64,000 bases of DNA, taken from assembly GCA_051294375.1 (NCBI GenBank), contig CM119263.1:9726432-9790431 (forward strand). Direction: 5' to 3'. Below the pieces are notes generated by a model. The model made no database searches, was not told the DNA's origin, and worked only from the letters and a program-made list of their open reading frames with translations. Below, piece after piece: positions 36,411-50,059 of this stretch. Position numbers and translations under genes: made by a program. Origin of the DNA: Paraspadella gotoi. Taxonomy: Eukaryota; Animalia; Chaetognatha. Position 1 is the stretch's first letter. Every line of letters starts with the position of its first letter.

Positions 36411-38275
36411 TGGAGAGGAAGTCGAGGATTGAATAGAGTGACAGAAGATTTAGTCGAAGTCGAAGAATCGAAAGAGATGGGTGGATTCTGGATAGAATTA
36501 GAGATGATCATCGGCTGAAAGAATAGAGGGGAAAAAAAGAAGAAAAAAAGTAGGAGTTGATGTACAAAGAGCTGGAGGAAAAGAGAATGGTGTCGAAAGC
36601 ATGAGGTAATAAAATGGCTCCAATTAACCAAGGCCTTTTACTTTACAATCCAATTAAATTTAAACGCGCCCCGTCAAAACAAGACGACAAATAAGAGTGA
36701 TAAAAGAAAATTCAGGGGAAAAAAATGGATTGAATTAGTAGAGAATCGGTGAATGAGATTCGACGGCGAGTTGACTAATACGTTTCGAAGTCGTGACGGG
36801 GTGTTGGCCGGAGTGGCCTTTCGCCGGAGATCCAGGTGCGAGAAAAAGGGAGATTTGATTAGTCGACGTCATTCGTGACCTCCGCTCGTGCGCAGCGCTC
36901 CACCGGCTTCTTTCTTCGATAAGGATCGAAAACCCAAATTTTGTTTGACAATCAGGGACGATTTATTTGTTACGTACCGAAGTCTTGTGGTTTTTTGTTA
37001 AAAATAAGGTAACAGAGACGAAATTGTATGGAAGAAATAATATATTTTTCGGGGTTTGGTTGTTTTTTTTTTTTAAAGAAAATATTACATTATTTCTTCG
37101 TGTAATCTGACAAAAATAAACCCCCCTACAGTGTAGGACCCTACAGTGTAGGACCTACAGAACACCTCCGAATCCAACTGATTCGTTTTTCATGAATTCA
37201 AGGCTCCGAGCTCAATCTGAAGGCAATTCGTCACCGCCAATACCTTTCCCTCTCTCTTAGTCCTTGAGGCTCAAGTCCTGAATTAATTCTCCCTCGTTGC
37301 CGCTAAGCTTTATGACTCCAACCAAGCTCGTTCTCTAGAGATAATCTAACCCGCAGGCTGTAGCTATTTTAGAATTTCGCCGGCCATATTTACGGTTTCG
37401 TGGTCAAAGGTCGAGCGAACGACGGCGCGTCGAAATTGGTCGAGAGAGCCCATACCTGGCTTGTCGAACATTACCTGGTCTTAACTACCCGGCGTCGGCC
37501 GCGAGAGTGTGCAAGAGAGTGTGCCAGAGAGAGAGGGAGAGCGAGAGAGAGAGAGAGAAATTAAAAAAAGAATTTATGCGTCGAGAATTATGGTAATGCG
37601 GTTCTGGTCGAAGGAAGAACTTTTAAATTATGGAACCGATTTTTTTTTTCGCACTGGGGCGACGATGGGGAATCTAGGCGAGACACGGTCTCAGGGTCTG
37701 AAGGTCTGAAGGTCTGAAGGTCTGAAGGTTTATAGGTCTAGAGGATTCGAATAAATTCGAGGAAAGAGATGCTCATGAATGAAGGATGAAGGATTCTGAC
37801 CAAAAGTCCAAAAGTCTTAAGCTTTTTTTGAAATCAAATCTAGATACGTGACCGTTTTGAACGATGGCTAAATAAACTAAATCTTTATTTTTTTTTTGTA
37901 AGTAATAGGTTTTTAAAGATTCTAAAGGTTCAGGGTCTAAGATTTTAAGGGGAGGCTGAGAATTTTATCTTGCATAATCAGGTAATTAAAAAAGCAAATG
38001 AATCGCTCGCATAACGAGGAGTCGGCGAAGCCGCGGCCCAGTGAAGTAGCAAACTCCTATTCAATCTTGATTATTGCTAATCACGGATGATTAAATGATT
38101 TAATGATTAAATGATTTTAATTGTTCAATAAATTATAATTTTTTTTATGAAAATTTTCAAATTACTTGTTTCACTATTTTATATTTTTATATTTTAATAT
38201 TTTTATGAAGGATTTAGTATTTAATCTATATTATGTTATTTATTTATTTATTTTTTTGGTCTGATCGACCGACCG

Positions 38276-38392
38276 ACCGAAAAGAATCTTCGCGAAATGC
38301 GTCGACGCATCCGCAATGAGATTCCGTGTCGCGACGACCAGACGAAAATCGGCGACGCTGACTGAGACGTCGCCGTATCGTTGACCGAGAGC
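38276..38392 (-). CDS. Possible exon encoding the N-terminal half of a BTB/POZ domain
   Basis: A frame absent from the ORF track (38377-38276) reads YGDVSVSVADFRLVVATRNLIADASTHFAKILFG, matching the BTB pattern DVxxxV...AH[RK]xxLAxxSxYFxxLF. Candidate acceptor TTCTCAG lies before 38392. Only weak donors (GTCGGT/GTCGAT) follow and no confident downstream exon was found. Confidence 0.35.
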
Positions 38393-39713
38393 CTGAGAAC
38401 CCGGACTGAGACGGGCTTCGTTATTAAAATGACGGAGTCGTTATATCCGAGTTCCATCGCACCGAATAACTTAACAAATATTCTGTATATCGAATATTCC
38501 GCCTAGTTTGAGAGGAGGGTGATGGACGATACAGATACGGCCGTAGAGAGAAGTGGAAGGGATGGCAGGGGAAGACCAGGGGGGGGGGCAGACTCATCGT
38601 GGGAACGCTAGGGGGGCGTGGCGAGGAGAAGAATTTCATTTAGCGTCTCCCGGATCCTCCCACCGACGTTCCAAAATAAAAACAATTTCAAAAGAATCCG
38701 ATTACGAATTAGAATATCTCTCGATTTTTTTTTTTTTTTTTTACTTTTTTATCTCCATTGTAGAATTTGAATTTCGTTCCGTTTTTTCCCCTTTTTTTTC
38801 CCCTTTCCTATTTTCAACCATGAATTTTCTTTATTGATTTCTTACTTTATCCGAAAGACTCGCTTTTTTTTTCTCCAAGACTATTTCTCGCTTTTTTTTT
38901 ATCTGCTCGAGTTTTGTTTCTCTTTTCTCTCATGAATTTTCTCTTTCATCGAAAACATGTTATGTAATATGCACATACCAACATACACTTGATTTATCTG
39001 TCCATGAATATTTCTTGCTTCGTTCAAGGAGTTTTTTTTTTCTCCTTTCCTCCCATTTTTCTTTCCTATAAATATTTCCCACTTTTTTTTCTAGGTTTTT
39101 TTTTTTCTCCTTTTTTTTCCTCCGTGAATTTTTCTTTCTTTTCGTTTTTCTTCCCAGAAAATCCTCGAGGGGAATTAATTTCCATTCACCGAAGCGACGA
39201 TCAGTTTTTCGCCCATAAAACTTTTTCCAGGATGGAATCTCTTGTCCCCGACGAGATGCCTCTCTTTTTTCTCTCTCTCTCTCTCTCTTTTTTCTCTCTC
39301 TTTCATTTTATAAAAGATTTTAATTTATTTTTCTTCGGCAAAACGAGAGACGATAATTTCATGGTTTTTTTTTTGTTTTTTTTTCAAAATGTCGTGAAAA
39401 TTCTCGAGATAAGAATAGGAGCCTTTATTCCCCTTTTTCTTTCTCTTCTATTCTCCTTTCTCTCTTTTCTCTCCTCTCTTTCCTCCCTCCCGTCGAATTC
39501 TTTCTCCCTTTCTTTTTATCTTTCGCCCTAGCGTCTTCGAAAGGAATCGCTCTGCGGCGGCGGCTGGCGGGATGCAGCGGCAGCGGGACTGCTTCGCCCG
39601 CGCTTCCGCAAGCCCTACCGCAGCAGCCCTTCGTCCGCCGCGTCGATGGTGCCACGAGCCCAGGCGCTGGGTCATCCTGATCTCCCGGTGACGTCAGCGT
39701 ACGAAGAGGAGAC

Positions 39714-39775
<62 letters not shown>

Positions 39776-40416
39776 CTGGAAAAAGTCAAAGCCCTTGAAT
39801 GGAACAGCTCCGAGGACGAACATATGGAGGAAGGAGAGGCAGGGACGGTGGGAACGGAAGTAGGAAGGGGGGAGCAGGGGGGGAAGAGAAGAGGAGAAGG
39901 AATCTATGAAGAAAAAGTTTCGTTTCGGTTCAAATCTTCGCTTTCGGGATGCGGGGAGTCTGAGGTCGAAGCCCGGCGACGATTTAGAGCCTCGGCGTCC
40001 ATCTTGGATTGGAAAAGGCGTATATAACTTCAATTTCAATAGAACATTTCCTCAAAATCAAATTGAAACAAAAAAATCACGAAACAATTTTATACTTTTG
40101 TACTTTTATTTAGCCGACTAAATTTAGTACAGGCTTTTTGACAGCTGGGTTTTGTTTATAACTTTATATTCTACGTTAATTGGTGCCTTGTCCGGAGCTC
40201 ATCCTTAAAAATCATAAAATAATAGGAGAATCGATGTGGCAAGTCTCTCGCTTTATGGCCTCAGGCGGTTGTCCTTCTCAATTTGTGTCCGAGACAAGAA
40301 CGACTTTCTCATCGCTTCCAAATATGAAGAGCTGTCACCACAGGAAGTCCCTCCTTCGAGGAACTGAAACAGAAAAACCGCAAAGCTGCATCGATTTTAT
40401 AAAGTGCAATGACCGG

Positions 40417-40477
<61 letters not shown>

Positions 40478-42246
40478 ATTAATAGTCTTGCGCTCATTTT
40501 TCCTTTTTTCCCTGTGTGAAAATAGGACGCTTACCAAAAAGAAAAGCAAGCAAACTAAATGCAAGCAGACGACCACTAGGCTTAACAAGCTAAGAAAATT
40601 GGTGTGGAGCATTCGAAGATTTTGAACGTCTCTTTTCACGGAGAAGGAAAAAGTATCGTGGCGTCGGAATTTTATTTTCTAAGTTCCGCTCGTTCGAGAC
40701 TCATCAGTAAATTCCGTAATCGAATGGGAAGACAACTTGTCAGAATTTCGTTTTCCGGACTGTGAACAATTCGCAGAGTCGTGTTCTACTCGATAGATAT
40801 TATGTATATATTAAGCAATCAATGTGATTAAATTTATTCAATTAATCATATTTTATTAAATATTCATTTGAAGGTCGAAAAAGACAATCAATGAAAAAAT
40901 GACATTTAAAATTGTACTTTTTTTTAATATTTCATTTTTCTAACACCGCTTTTCAATTATCACCTAATGACCCATCGCCTTCTTTTTCCAACCCTGACTC
41001 TCGAGCGTCTCGCCTTTTTTCTCTCGCCACTCGGCGTCTCACTTTCTCTGCTTCTCTCTCATCGTTCTTATTCCGCCGTCTCTCGCTTCTCCATCTATTT
41101 ATTCTCTGCTCATCATCAAACAAAAGAATAAAACAAATAAACAAAAGTCAAACGTTCGTCGGCGTCGATGATTAAAGAGAAGAAGACGATGACGATGATT
41201 ACGACGACGACGACGATGACGATGATTACGACGACGATGACGACGACGATGGTGCTAATGATTACGATGATTCCAACAGGAGCGCACGACCTCAGAGAAG
41301 AAGATATGGTATTGTGGCGACTCTCTCTTTGGGTCGGCGACTTCTTCTGAATCTCACTGACCTCGCGTGACCTCGTCAGACGTCATCTGAAATGTTGATT
41401 ATTGATATCACTTTTTTTCTCTGACTCGCGAAGAAACGTTTGAAAATAAAAACGATTTGGCATAATATTGACTATAGACTATAGTATAGTGATGACAAGG
41501 ATTATGAAGAGAACATGAACATGAACGACAACGTCGGGAATGATTACGTCGACGACGACGACGACGAAAACGACGACGACGAAAACGTCGTCCTCTTTGT
41601 AGTTTCCTCGTCTCTGGCGCGCGGCGTTTCGTCAGCGGCAGCGCCGTTGCAGACGCGGCGTCATTTCCATTACAATCGGGAGGCAGCGCCTCTGACGGCA
41701 GATTTATTCAACCGGCGAGATAAACAGAACAAAAGGGAAGCCAAGTGCCAAAGGCTAAACATTGTAAATTTTCATCGCCACTGGTTTTTACTGCAAAGAG
41801 TTTTTTTCTACGTTTGTTCAAATACTTTCTCTCTAATTTTTTGTTTCCGTTTCTCTTTGCCCTTCACAATGCCTCTCTATGTCTCTGTCCCTCTTTCTTT
41901 CTGTCTCTCTCGACCTCCCTGCACCACGCCATCAATCTCCCGCTTTTGAATTATTCTACGAAACTTGTCTCCCAGGGAAAAAAATTCACCAAAAGAATTT
42001 TACTAAAACGACTTTTTTTCTTTTTAATTTTCGTTTCTGAAGGTCATTTCTTGACTGGAAACTCCTGTCTTCTCTGCTCTCTCTCTCTCCTCTCCTATCG
42101 TCTCTCTCTTCTCTGCTCGTTCTCTCTCTCTCTATTAGCACCCTCCGTAGAATTCTGACTTAAACTCTTCTCTAACAGCCTATCATACCAATATCTAGTG
42201 ATTCACTTATATTCAGTTTTTCCAGCTGTCATTCACTCCCATACTC

Positions 42247-42296
<50 letters not shown>

Positions 42297-43120
42297 CGTC
42301 TCTCTCTCTCCAGGCTGGAATTTCGTTTCTCTTACGCAACCAGATAGAAAAAAAAATAACAGGCTTGACACGACATCCACAACGACGACGAAGACGACGA
42401 CGACGACGGAGAAAAAAATGACCTAAAAATAAAAAATGACTAAAAAGTAATATGACTGAGAAATAAAATCTAGCTCCTCCGAAACTCAATCCATTTTTTT
42501 TTACTTATTGATTGACTGTTGATTTTTATTTATCTTTTTTTTCATGTTTAGTATTGAATTTCCTCGCGATTAATGTTATTACCATGTTACTTTATTGCAA
42601 TGAATGCGCAATGCGGATTGCGGATTATTCTCTCGATGATAATTTATTTCCGCGAATTACTTCTCGTTACGAGAACTTCGATATCTTGGTTGTTCACCCA
42701 AAATAAATCAGGCGCGGTCCTTTTTTAAATTTTTGTAGTCAACGACCAGAAAAGTTACAAATTCTCCTTTTCAAAAATATTTCTTAATCAAAGAAATTCT
42801 TAAACGTCATCTCCTTAAATATTTTTTTCGATAAAAAAATTGTTTTTTAATGAGACTATGTATAGGAAAAATTTATTACATTTTTAAAACCGGAATAAAA
42901 AGTAACCCCAGTAAAACTTTTTTTATTAGTCCTATAAAAAAAAATTTTAATACCATATTTAAAATAGCTATTATACTAAAGAGTTTAAAAAAAAATAAAA
43001 TGCGATAAAGACTGAAAAAAGGATCGCGAGAAAGATTTAAGGAAGGGAACGGCGCCCGACCGCAAGAATGCTGCCCCGACCGAAGGGGAGAGTCGTTCCG
43101 GGAGTCAGATGACCGTTCGA

Positions 43121-43210
43121 CCCACGTGACCTCTAAAAACCACGTGACCTTAATCACAATCACGTGATTAGGATCATTTTTTTGTGATCTTCGTTATTCT
43201 GTCACGTGAC
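43121..43210. promoter_or_regulatory. Cluster of four CACGTGA E-boxes including a perfect GTCACGTGAC (CLEAR/USF type)
   Basis: CACGTG at 43123, 43141, 43161 and 43203. Confidence 0.5.
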
Positions 43211-43246
43211 CCCGAATCCTTATCGTATGATTTCTTTCGTGTGACA

Positions 43247-43293
<47 letters not shown>

Positions 43294-43681
43294 GCGAGTG
43301 AGAGAGAGAGCTCTTTCTACGTTGTTTTGATTCAAAAAAGGATCGAAAAAGAAAGAGAGAAGAAATAAAACTAAGAAAAAGAAAGAAATAACTTTTTTTC
43401 GGCCTCAAACTCGACGACGCAATTTGACCCAATTTCTTTCTGCGTGTTTACCTTTTTTTTTTCTATTATTTAATTGCCTCTTTCTTAATTTCTACGTTCT
43501 TTTTTCTCCTTTTTACTCTTACAGTTTCATATGTCGTTATTTTTTTTTAAAGTTTTTAATTCAAATGCCTTTAAAATTAAAAGTTAGATTTAATTTTTTC
43601 TGCTCCAAATATTTTTTTAAGGAAACATCGAATTGACATTTAAAGTTTAACTTAATTTGTTAGGTGTATATTATATTCCTC

Positions 43682-43729
<48 letters not shown>

Positions 43730-44405
43730 AAAAGCGCGCACTTTCGATTTTTCCGAGAAATTACGCGGGAAAAAAAATACTTTTTCTTCCTCTCAATTTC
43801 GCCACATGATTTGTTCTGTATAACTTTGTATAAAGGTCGAGCTAATATGAAGGAAGTATTTCGAACTTTTTACGACGACGGCGACGGCGACTCAGATATC
43901 GCGACCATAAAGTTTAAAATGTTTCAAATCGACATATATAATATACATAGGTGCCGATACCAAAACAAAAAAAACATTTAAAATAAGCAAAAACTTTCAT
44001 CAGCGTTTTTTTATACCTGTTTATAACTGCAAATTCGAAATTCGAAATTTAAATATTTTCTAAAAATTTCTTTCGACGGAGAAAGTTACATTTTAACTCT
44101 AGGTAAGTAAAGAGATCTGGATCAGCAATAGTTTTGTTGGTGCTTTGATAATTATGGTTTATAGTGTAATGACATATGACATACGTAATATGTATGAATA
44201 TATATGTTGCGAAACCCGCGAACGACTCTAGGACAAATCCTTCACATCTAACAGAATTAAGCGCGAATTTTTTACTTGACAATGGAGACGTCACCGACGC
44301 CTTCGTGGAATCGAGAGTCACGCCCGTCGCGTCAAACAATTTTAAATCAGCAGCGAGGCAAAAAAACACGGAAAAACATTTTCTCTCTCTCTCTCTTCTC
44401 TCTCT

Positions 44406-44469
<64 letters not shown>

Positions 44470-44600
44470 TTCCTTTTTTGTCTGGTCATCCCTTCTCTCC
44501 TTTCTTCCGGCCAATGTAGAAATCTTACTCAGCTTTTTTTTTTTTAAATCTATTCTCCATCTCAAGAGTTTTTTTCCCTGCTGATGAAAGAGGATAGAGA

Positions 44601-44671
<71 letters not shown>

Positions 44672-45748
44672 AAGAGAAAAATCTGTCACGCGGCCTTCTC
44701 ACCGAAAATTCCGTGACTCATGAGTGAAAACCGAGAAAACTTTGCCGATCCCAGATTCGAGAACGAAAGGATCCGCTTCTCCTCTCAGTTGTCCCACTCA
44801 AACAATCACTTCAACAATCGACTATCAACATCAACCGTCATTTCTAACTCACCTTCTTCGTCCCCTAGACTTCTGTACATATTTTTCTCCGTTCCCTACT
44901 CCACTCTTTTCCACTCCTTCCTTTTCCTTTTCTTTTCTTTCCTTCAACTCTTTCATTCCACCCATCTTCAACTCCATCTAAACCCCCTCGACCCCCCTTC
45001 CCCTCCGGCCAAACTCGCGGTCACGAAAAAAAAAGGGAACTAAAAAAAAATAATTGAACCAAAAAGAAAAAAACCTAAAATCCGTTAGAAAACCGCAAAC
45101 ATCCTCTTTTTCTTTCCCTTTACTTTTTCTTTTGTCTTCGATTTTTTTATTTTTTTTATCTTTTGTTCCGGATTTCTTCCCGAGTGGAAACCACGAGGCC
45201 AGAGACGAGCCACGTCGCGCCACGTTGCGCCACGGTGCGTTACGCCGCGCCACGTTACGCAACGTTGAGAAACTTTGAATGATGTTGCGAAATACCGAGC
45301 CTCGTGGAGTCGTTTGCAAAGTAATTCCGCTCACATCACGTCACATAGCCGAGTGATGTAACCACAACAAGATACGGGGCGCGGCGTAGTGGCGTAGTCA
45401 CTAGTCAGTAGTCACGAGTCGCCACGACTATTATCGTAACGCCCGAAAACTTTAATTCAATCAAGCTCTTCGAGATTTTTGCATTTAACATTAAAGTCAA
45501 AAAATACAGATGCCGTTTTTTTTCCCATTCTAAAATTTATCGAAAACATTATAAAGTCTGAATCATAAATCGTGATATTATTAGATCTTCGCCAATATCA
45601 TCTGCAACGCCATCTACTACGCCATCTGCGATGCACCTGCGACGCCATCTACGACGCCATCTTCGACGCCATCAGCAAAGTTATCCGTGTCAAGCGCGTC
45701 AAGGTTGACGTCTTCAACAAACCCGGATTCTTTCCTTCTACTTCTTCT

Positions 45749-45781
<33 letters not shown>

Positions 45782-46777
45782 GCGAGGGTAAACACGAGGA
45801 ACGGACGAACTGCATTTCTGACATCGATAATCGATTTCCAACGAGGACATTCTTGTTGTCATGGGCGATCGATTCGATCTTTTCGTTGTCATGGAAACGT
45901 GGAAGAGTTTTTCGCTGTTGAGTTTCGTCATCGACGTTTCTCTCTTTGTCGCGGGAGTTTTCGCGATGTCGAATTCTATCGCTGATTTCCTTCCTTGTCG
46001 TTCTTGTCAGCTTCTTTGTTGTCTGGGCCGTCGTCGTCGTCGTCGTCTCCTCGATCTTTCTCTTCATTTTCGATTTTTCGCGCCAAAGGTGGAGGCCCCC
46101 TCGAGTCTTGAGAGAATCTTGAGTTTCATCAATCGATCACTATTTTTTTTAAAGGATCTTAATCTCTCGCGTTTGTTAGATACTAATGGGAAATTAGTTT
46201 TAAGTCTTAACCTTTTTTAACGGGTTGTCACCTTTTTTCTAAAGATCAGGTCACGATAAGATTCAATTTCCATTGCATTATAATAAAATAAATTCAAATT
46301 TGACTGATTTTCACTTTTTCAGTAAAACACTTTGAATCTTCTTTACATCGTTTGATGTCATTTACTTCATTTACGTCATTGCTGATTGTCATCTTGTTCT
46401 TTGATTATCACTTCTACTACGACTTCATCTTTCTCTTCTTACGTTTTCTCTTTTCCTTTTCTTCGCTTTTATTTCTTCATCCTGTTGTCCTCTCGCGAGA
46501 TCTCCTCACGGACTCTCCTCTCTTTTCTTCTTATTCTCATCCACTTTTCTTTTATCTCATCCTTATTTTTCCTCTCGCTCCCCAACTTCCCCCCTCTTTT
46601 AATGTTATGATTTTTCTTCCTCTTCTTTCTCTTCCTCCTCTTCCTCCTCGCCCCTTACCTTCCCCACTTTTCGCTCGACTTACTTCGTCCCGCTGCCTCG
46701 ATCGCGAAAGTCCTCCTTTCCCTCACTTCATGTTGGCGTCTTCGATGGCGTCGATGCTGTCGTTGTCGTTGTCGTTG

Positions 46778-46809
<32 letters not shown>

Positions 46810-47197
46810 GTTGTTGTCGTTGTCGTCCTCGTTGTCAACCATGTCCTTTCCATTTCTTTTCTCTTCCATCTTCTCGTTGTTGCAGACTTTTTTGCTCTCG
46901 GTCGCTATTTTTCTTGGCGAAATTTGTTGTCGCATTTTCTTTTCTATCCATTACTTATTCATTACCTTCAGACTTGTCATCACTTATTCTCTGTCAGAAT
47001 TATTGCTACGTATTATACTACTCGTCCCGAAAAGCCCTTATTTTTCGACGTGGAGATGAACGTAAGCTATGTACGTTAGAGTGGTTTGAAAATAATAAAA
47101 TTTTAGAAACTTAAAATTTAGCATATAAAATATGAAAATAAAAACCAATAAAAATACTTTGGTAATTTTATTTTTTAATGTTATACTTTAATGGGTA

Positions 47198-47538
47198 CCA
47201 GTGAGCTATATTTATATATAGTAATAAGTATATATAATATATATAATATAATATATAATATAATATATATAATAGTAAGCTAAAATTTCTAAATTTTTAA
47301 ATTTTAAGATTTGATTTGGATTCCTTGCAAAAAGTTGATAAAATGTAAAAAAATATATTTAAGACGCCAATTTTTAATTTCCAGCTTAAAAATATAGTTT
47401 TTTGTAATTTTAACCTTAATGACATAATTTTTGGTTTATATTTCTATTATCAACTTTTTACGAGAAATCTGAATCTGTTTTCAGAATTAAAAAAAGTATT
47501 TTGAAATTTTGATATTATATACAAAATAAGCTGACTGG
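47198..47538. mobile_element. AT-rich degenerate palindromic MITE-like element
   Basis: The ends CCAGTGAGCTATATTTTATATA and TATACAAAATAAGCTGACTGG are imperfect inverted repeats. Inner inverted match AAAAAGTTGATAA / TTATCAACTTTTT. A related segment (AACTTTTT..GAGAAATCTGAA...TATTTTGAAA) occurs near 34340-34400. Confidence 0.45.
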
Positions 47539-47992
47539 GCTACTATATTTATAAAAAAAAAGAAAAATAATTACAGATTAGTATTCACTAATATGAAAGT
47601 TTTCAAGATATAACTGCTAAATTTTGATTCTAAACTTTTGTCATTCTTCTATTTGCGTCATTTCTATTGTCGTCGCTGTCGTTTTCTTTATGTTTGCTTC
47701 TTCATCATCATCGTTGTCGTCTTCATCATCATCGCCGTCGTCTTCATCATTGTCGTCGTCGTCGTCGTCTTCATTATCTTCGTCGTCGTCTTTGTCATCT
47801 TAATCATCATCATTGTCGTCTTCATGGTTATCATCGACGTCATCGTCGTCGTCTTTTTCGTCATCATCGAATTCGTCGCCCGCGTCTCGTCACCTGTCGG
47901 ACTCGTCGTCGTTTCCTTCGCGTCAGACGTCATTTTCTTCGAGTTTCAAGCGGAAGGTCGACGTCAACTCAGTCTGATTCGTCGACTCCATC

Positions 47993-48123
<131 letters not shown>

Positions 48124-48942
48124 TTCTTCTTCGTCTTCATCGTCGTCTTCCTAATTCACTTAGTTTTCGTCTTCATCGTATATCAACATCTTCGTCATCT
48201 TCATCTTCATCATCTTCATGTTCATCATCATAATCTTCATCATCATCTTCATCATCTTTTTCCTCATCGTTAGTCATCATCTTCATCATCTTTTTTATAT
48301 TTTCTTCTTGTTTTCTCTTCATCATTTTTTGTAAATATCATTTAATTTTCTTCATCTCGATCTCAAAAAATCTTGTGTTCTCCGTCATTGCAAAAATCCT
48401 CATCTTCTTTTCTCTATTCCTCTTCCTCATTCCTCCTCTTCTTCTTCCTCTTCCTCCTCCTAAAATGTTTCACTTTTCACTCGTCACCTTTTCCCGGTAA
48501 TCCGTGAGTGGGTCAGCCCCATCAGTCGATGCTTCTCACAATTCCACGTCATCACCGTTCAACAAATAGCGTCAACGACGCTGACGATGACGACGATGGT
48601 AACGATGACGACGATGACGACGATGGTGATGATAAAGGCGTCAACTACGACATAAACGCCGACGACGACATCGACGTTGATAATGAAGACAACGACGACG
48701 ACAACGACGATGATCGATGAAATCGAAATTGATTAAGAATATTTAACGACTTTTTTGACGAGACGATCGAAATGAGTCGCGTCGCCTCGACTGACGCCAT
48801 CTCTCTGTCTAGTCGCCTGTTGACAGACATCAGGTGATAACGACCCCAGCCTGTTGACTGTGACGTCGAGACATTAGTCAGTCACGTTGATAAAACGCCT
48901 GCTAAAACTGACGGACGCTAGTAAACTATCGGTTGTTGGCTT

Positions 48943-49031
<89 letters not shown>

Positions 49032-49886
49032 TTATCTATCTTCCACTGCCTCTCTCACGCCGTCCATGATTTGAGATTCATTCAACTTCCGCTGACGTCA
49101 TAGAATTGTTTCCTTTTCTTTATTTTGTTTTTTTTCAATATCAATTTTCATTCGCTCAGACGTTAACGTGCATTTTCCGTTATTCTTTTATGAACATTAT
49201 GAATATTTATATATTGTTCCAATGACTAACGAGGGCAACGTTTTTAAATAACATATAATAATAAAGCTCACCTTTTTTTTTTTCGCTTCGTTTCTTTCTC
49301 TGCCTTCCGACTCATTTCAAATTGTTTCCCTCAAATAATCGTCTCTTCATCCAAAGAATTCTATTTTATTTCATTTCGTTTCGTCTCATCAATTTTCTCA
49401 AAGAACATTTTTTTAGTTATGAGATTAAATCCTTTTTAAAATTTACAATAATTCTTAGAGAGTTTATTCTTTAAATTTTACACTACACTATAAACTACTT
49501 ATTGGTCGGTTGGTCAGTTAGCTCCCACTTATATTTTAAATATTTATAGCTTACTTATTTTGATTATTACCAGTTATTAAGACAATGTTTTATGACAGGT
49601 TTTATGGGCATATTATTTATACTTATTTAGTCACATGGTTACTTAAAAATAAGATCTAATAAACTTAAAATTAATATGGTATAATTGATAAAATACCAAA
49701 TTAATTCAATTAATATTTAGCAGAGTTAAGCAAGTATTTTATAAAATTATACATTGTATAATTATATATCGATATCTTTGCAGTTAATTAAATTTAGTTA
49801 TTACTTTGATCGAATTATAGTAATATGCTAGACAAATATTATATAATACAATTGAAACATAATAAAATTGAAACATTCTTTGAAAT

Positions 49887-50059
49887 ATTATACCACTTCA
49901 TTGATAGGGAAGCCAGGTTCACTGGGAGTGAATAAACAAGACTGTGAGAGAGTCTTGATTGAACGCTTGCAGAAACCTGCTAAGTTATTATCTTGTAAGT
50001 ATGATGGAGGCCTTAAACCACCAAAGCCTGTCCATAGTCAGGGACAAGATAGCTTATTT
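49887..50059 (+). repeat. Dispersed ~173-bp interspersed repeat, copy B
   Basis: Reverse complement of 14608-14780. Confidence 0.85.

Noticed and set aside
37125-37160. Tandem palindromic unit CCTACAGTGTAGGA, and (GGTCTGAA)4 at ~37695
   Set aside because: Short local slippage repeats with no further evidence.
37373-37480. Plus-strand peptide KLVERAHTWLVEHYL resembling a BACK-domain helix
   Set aside because: Wrong strand to join the BTB-like exon, and too short to support alone.
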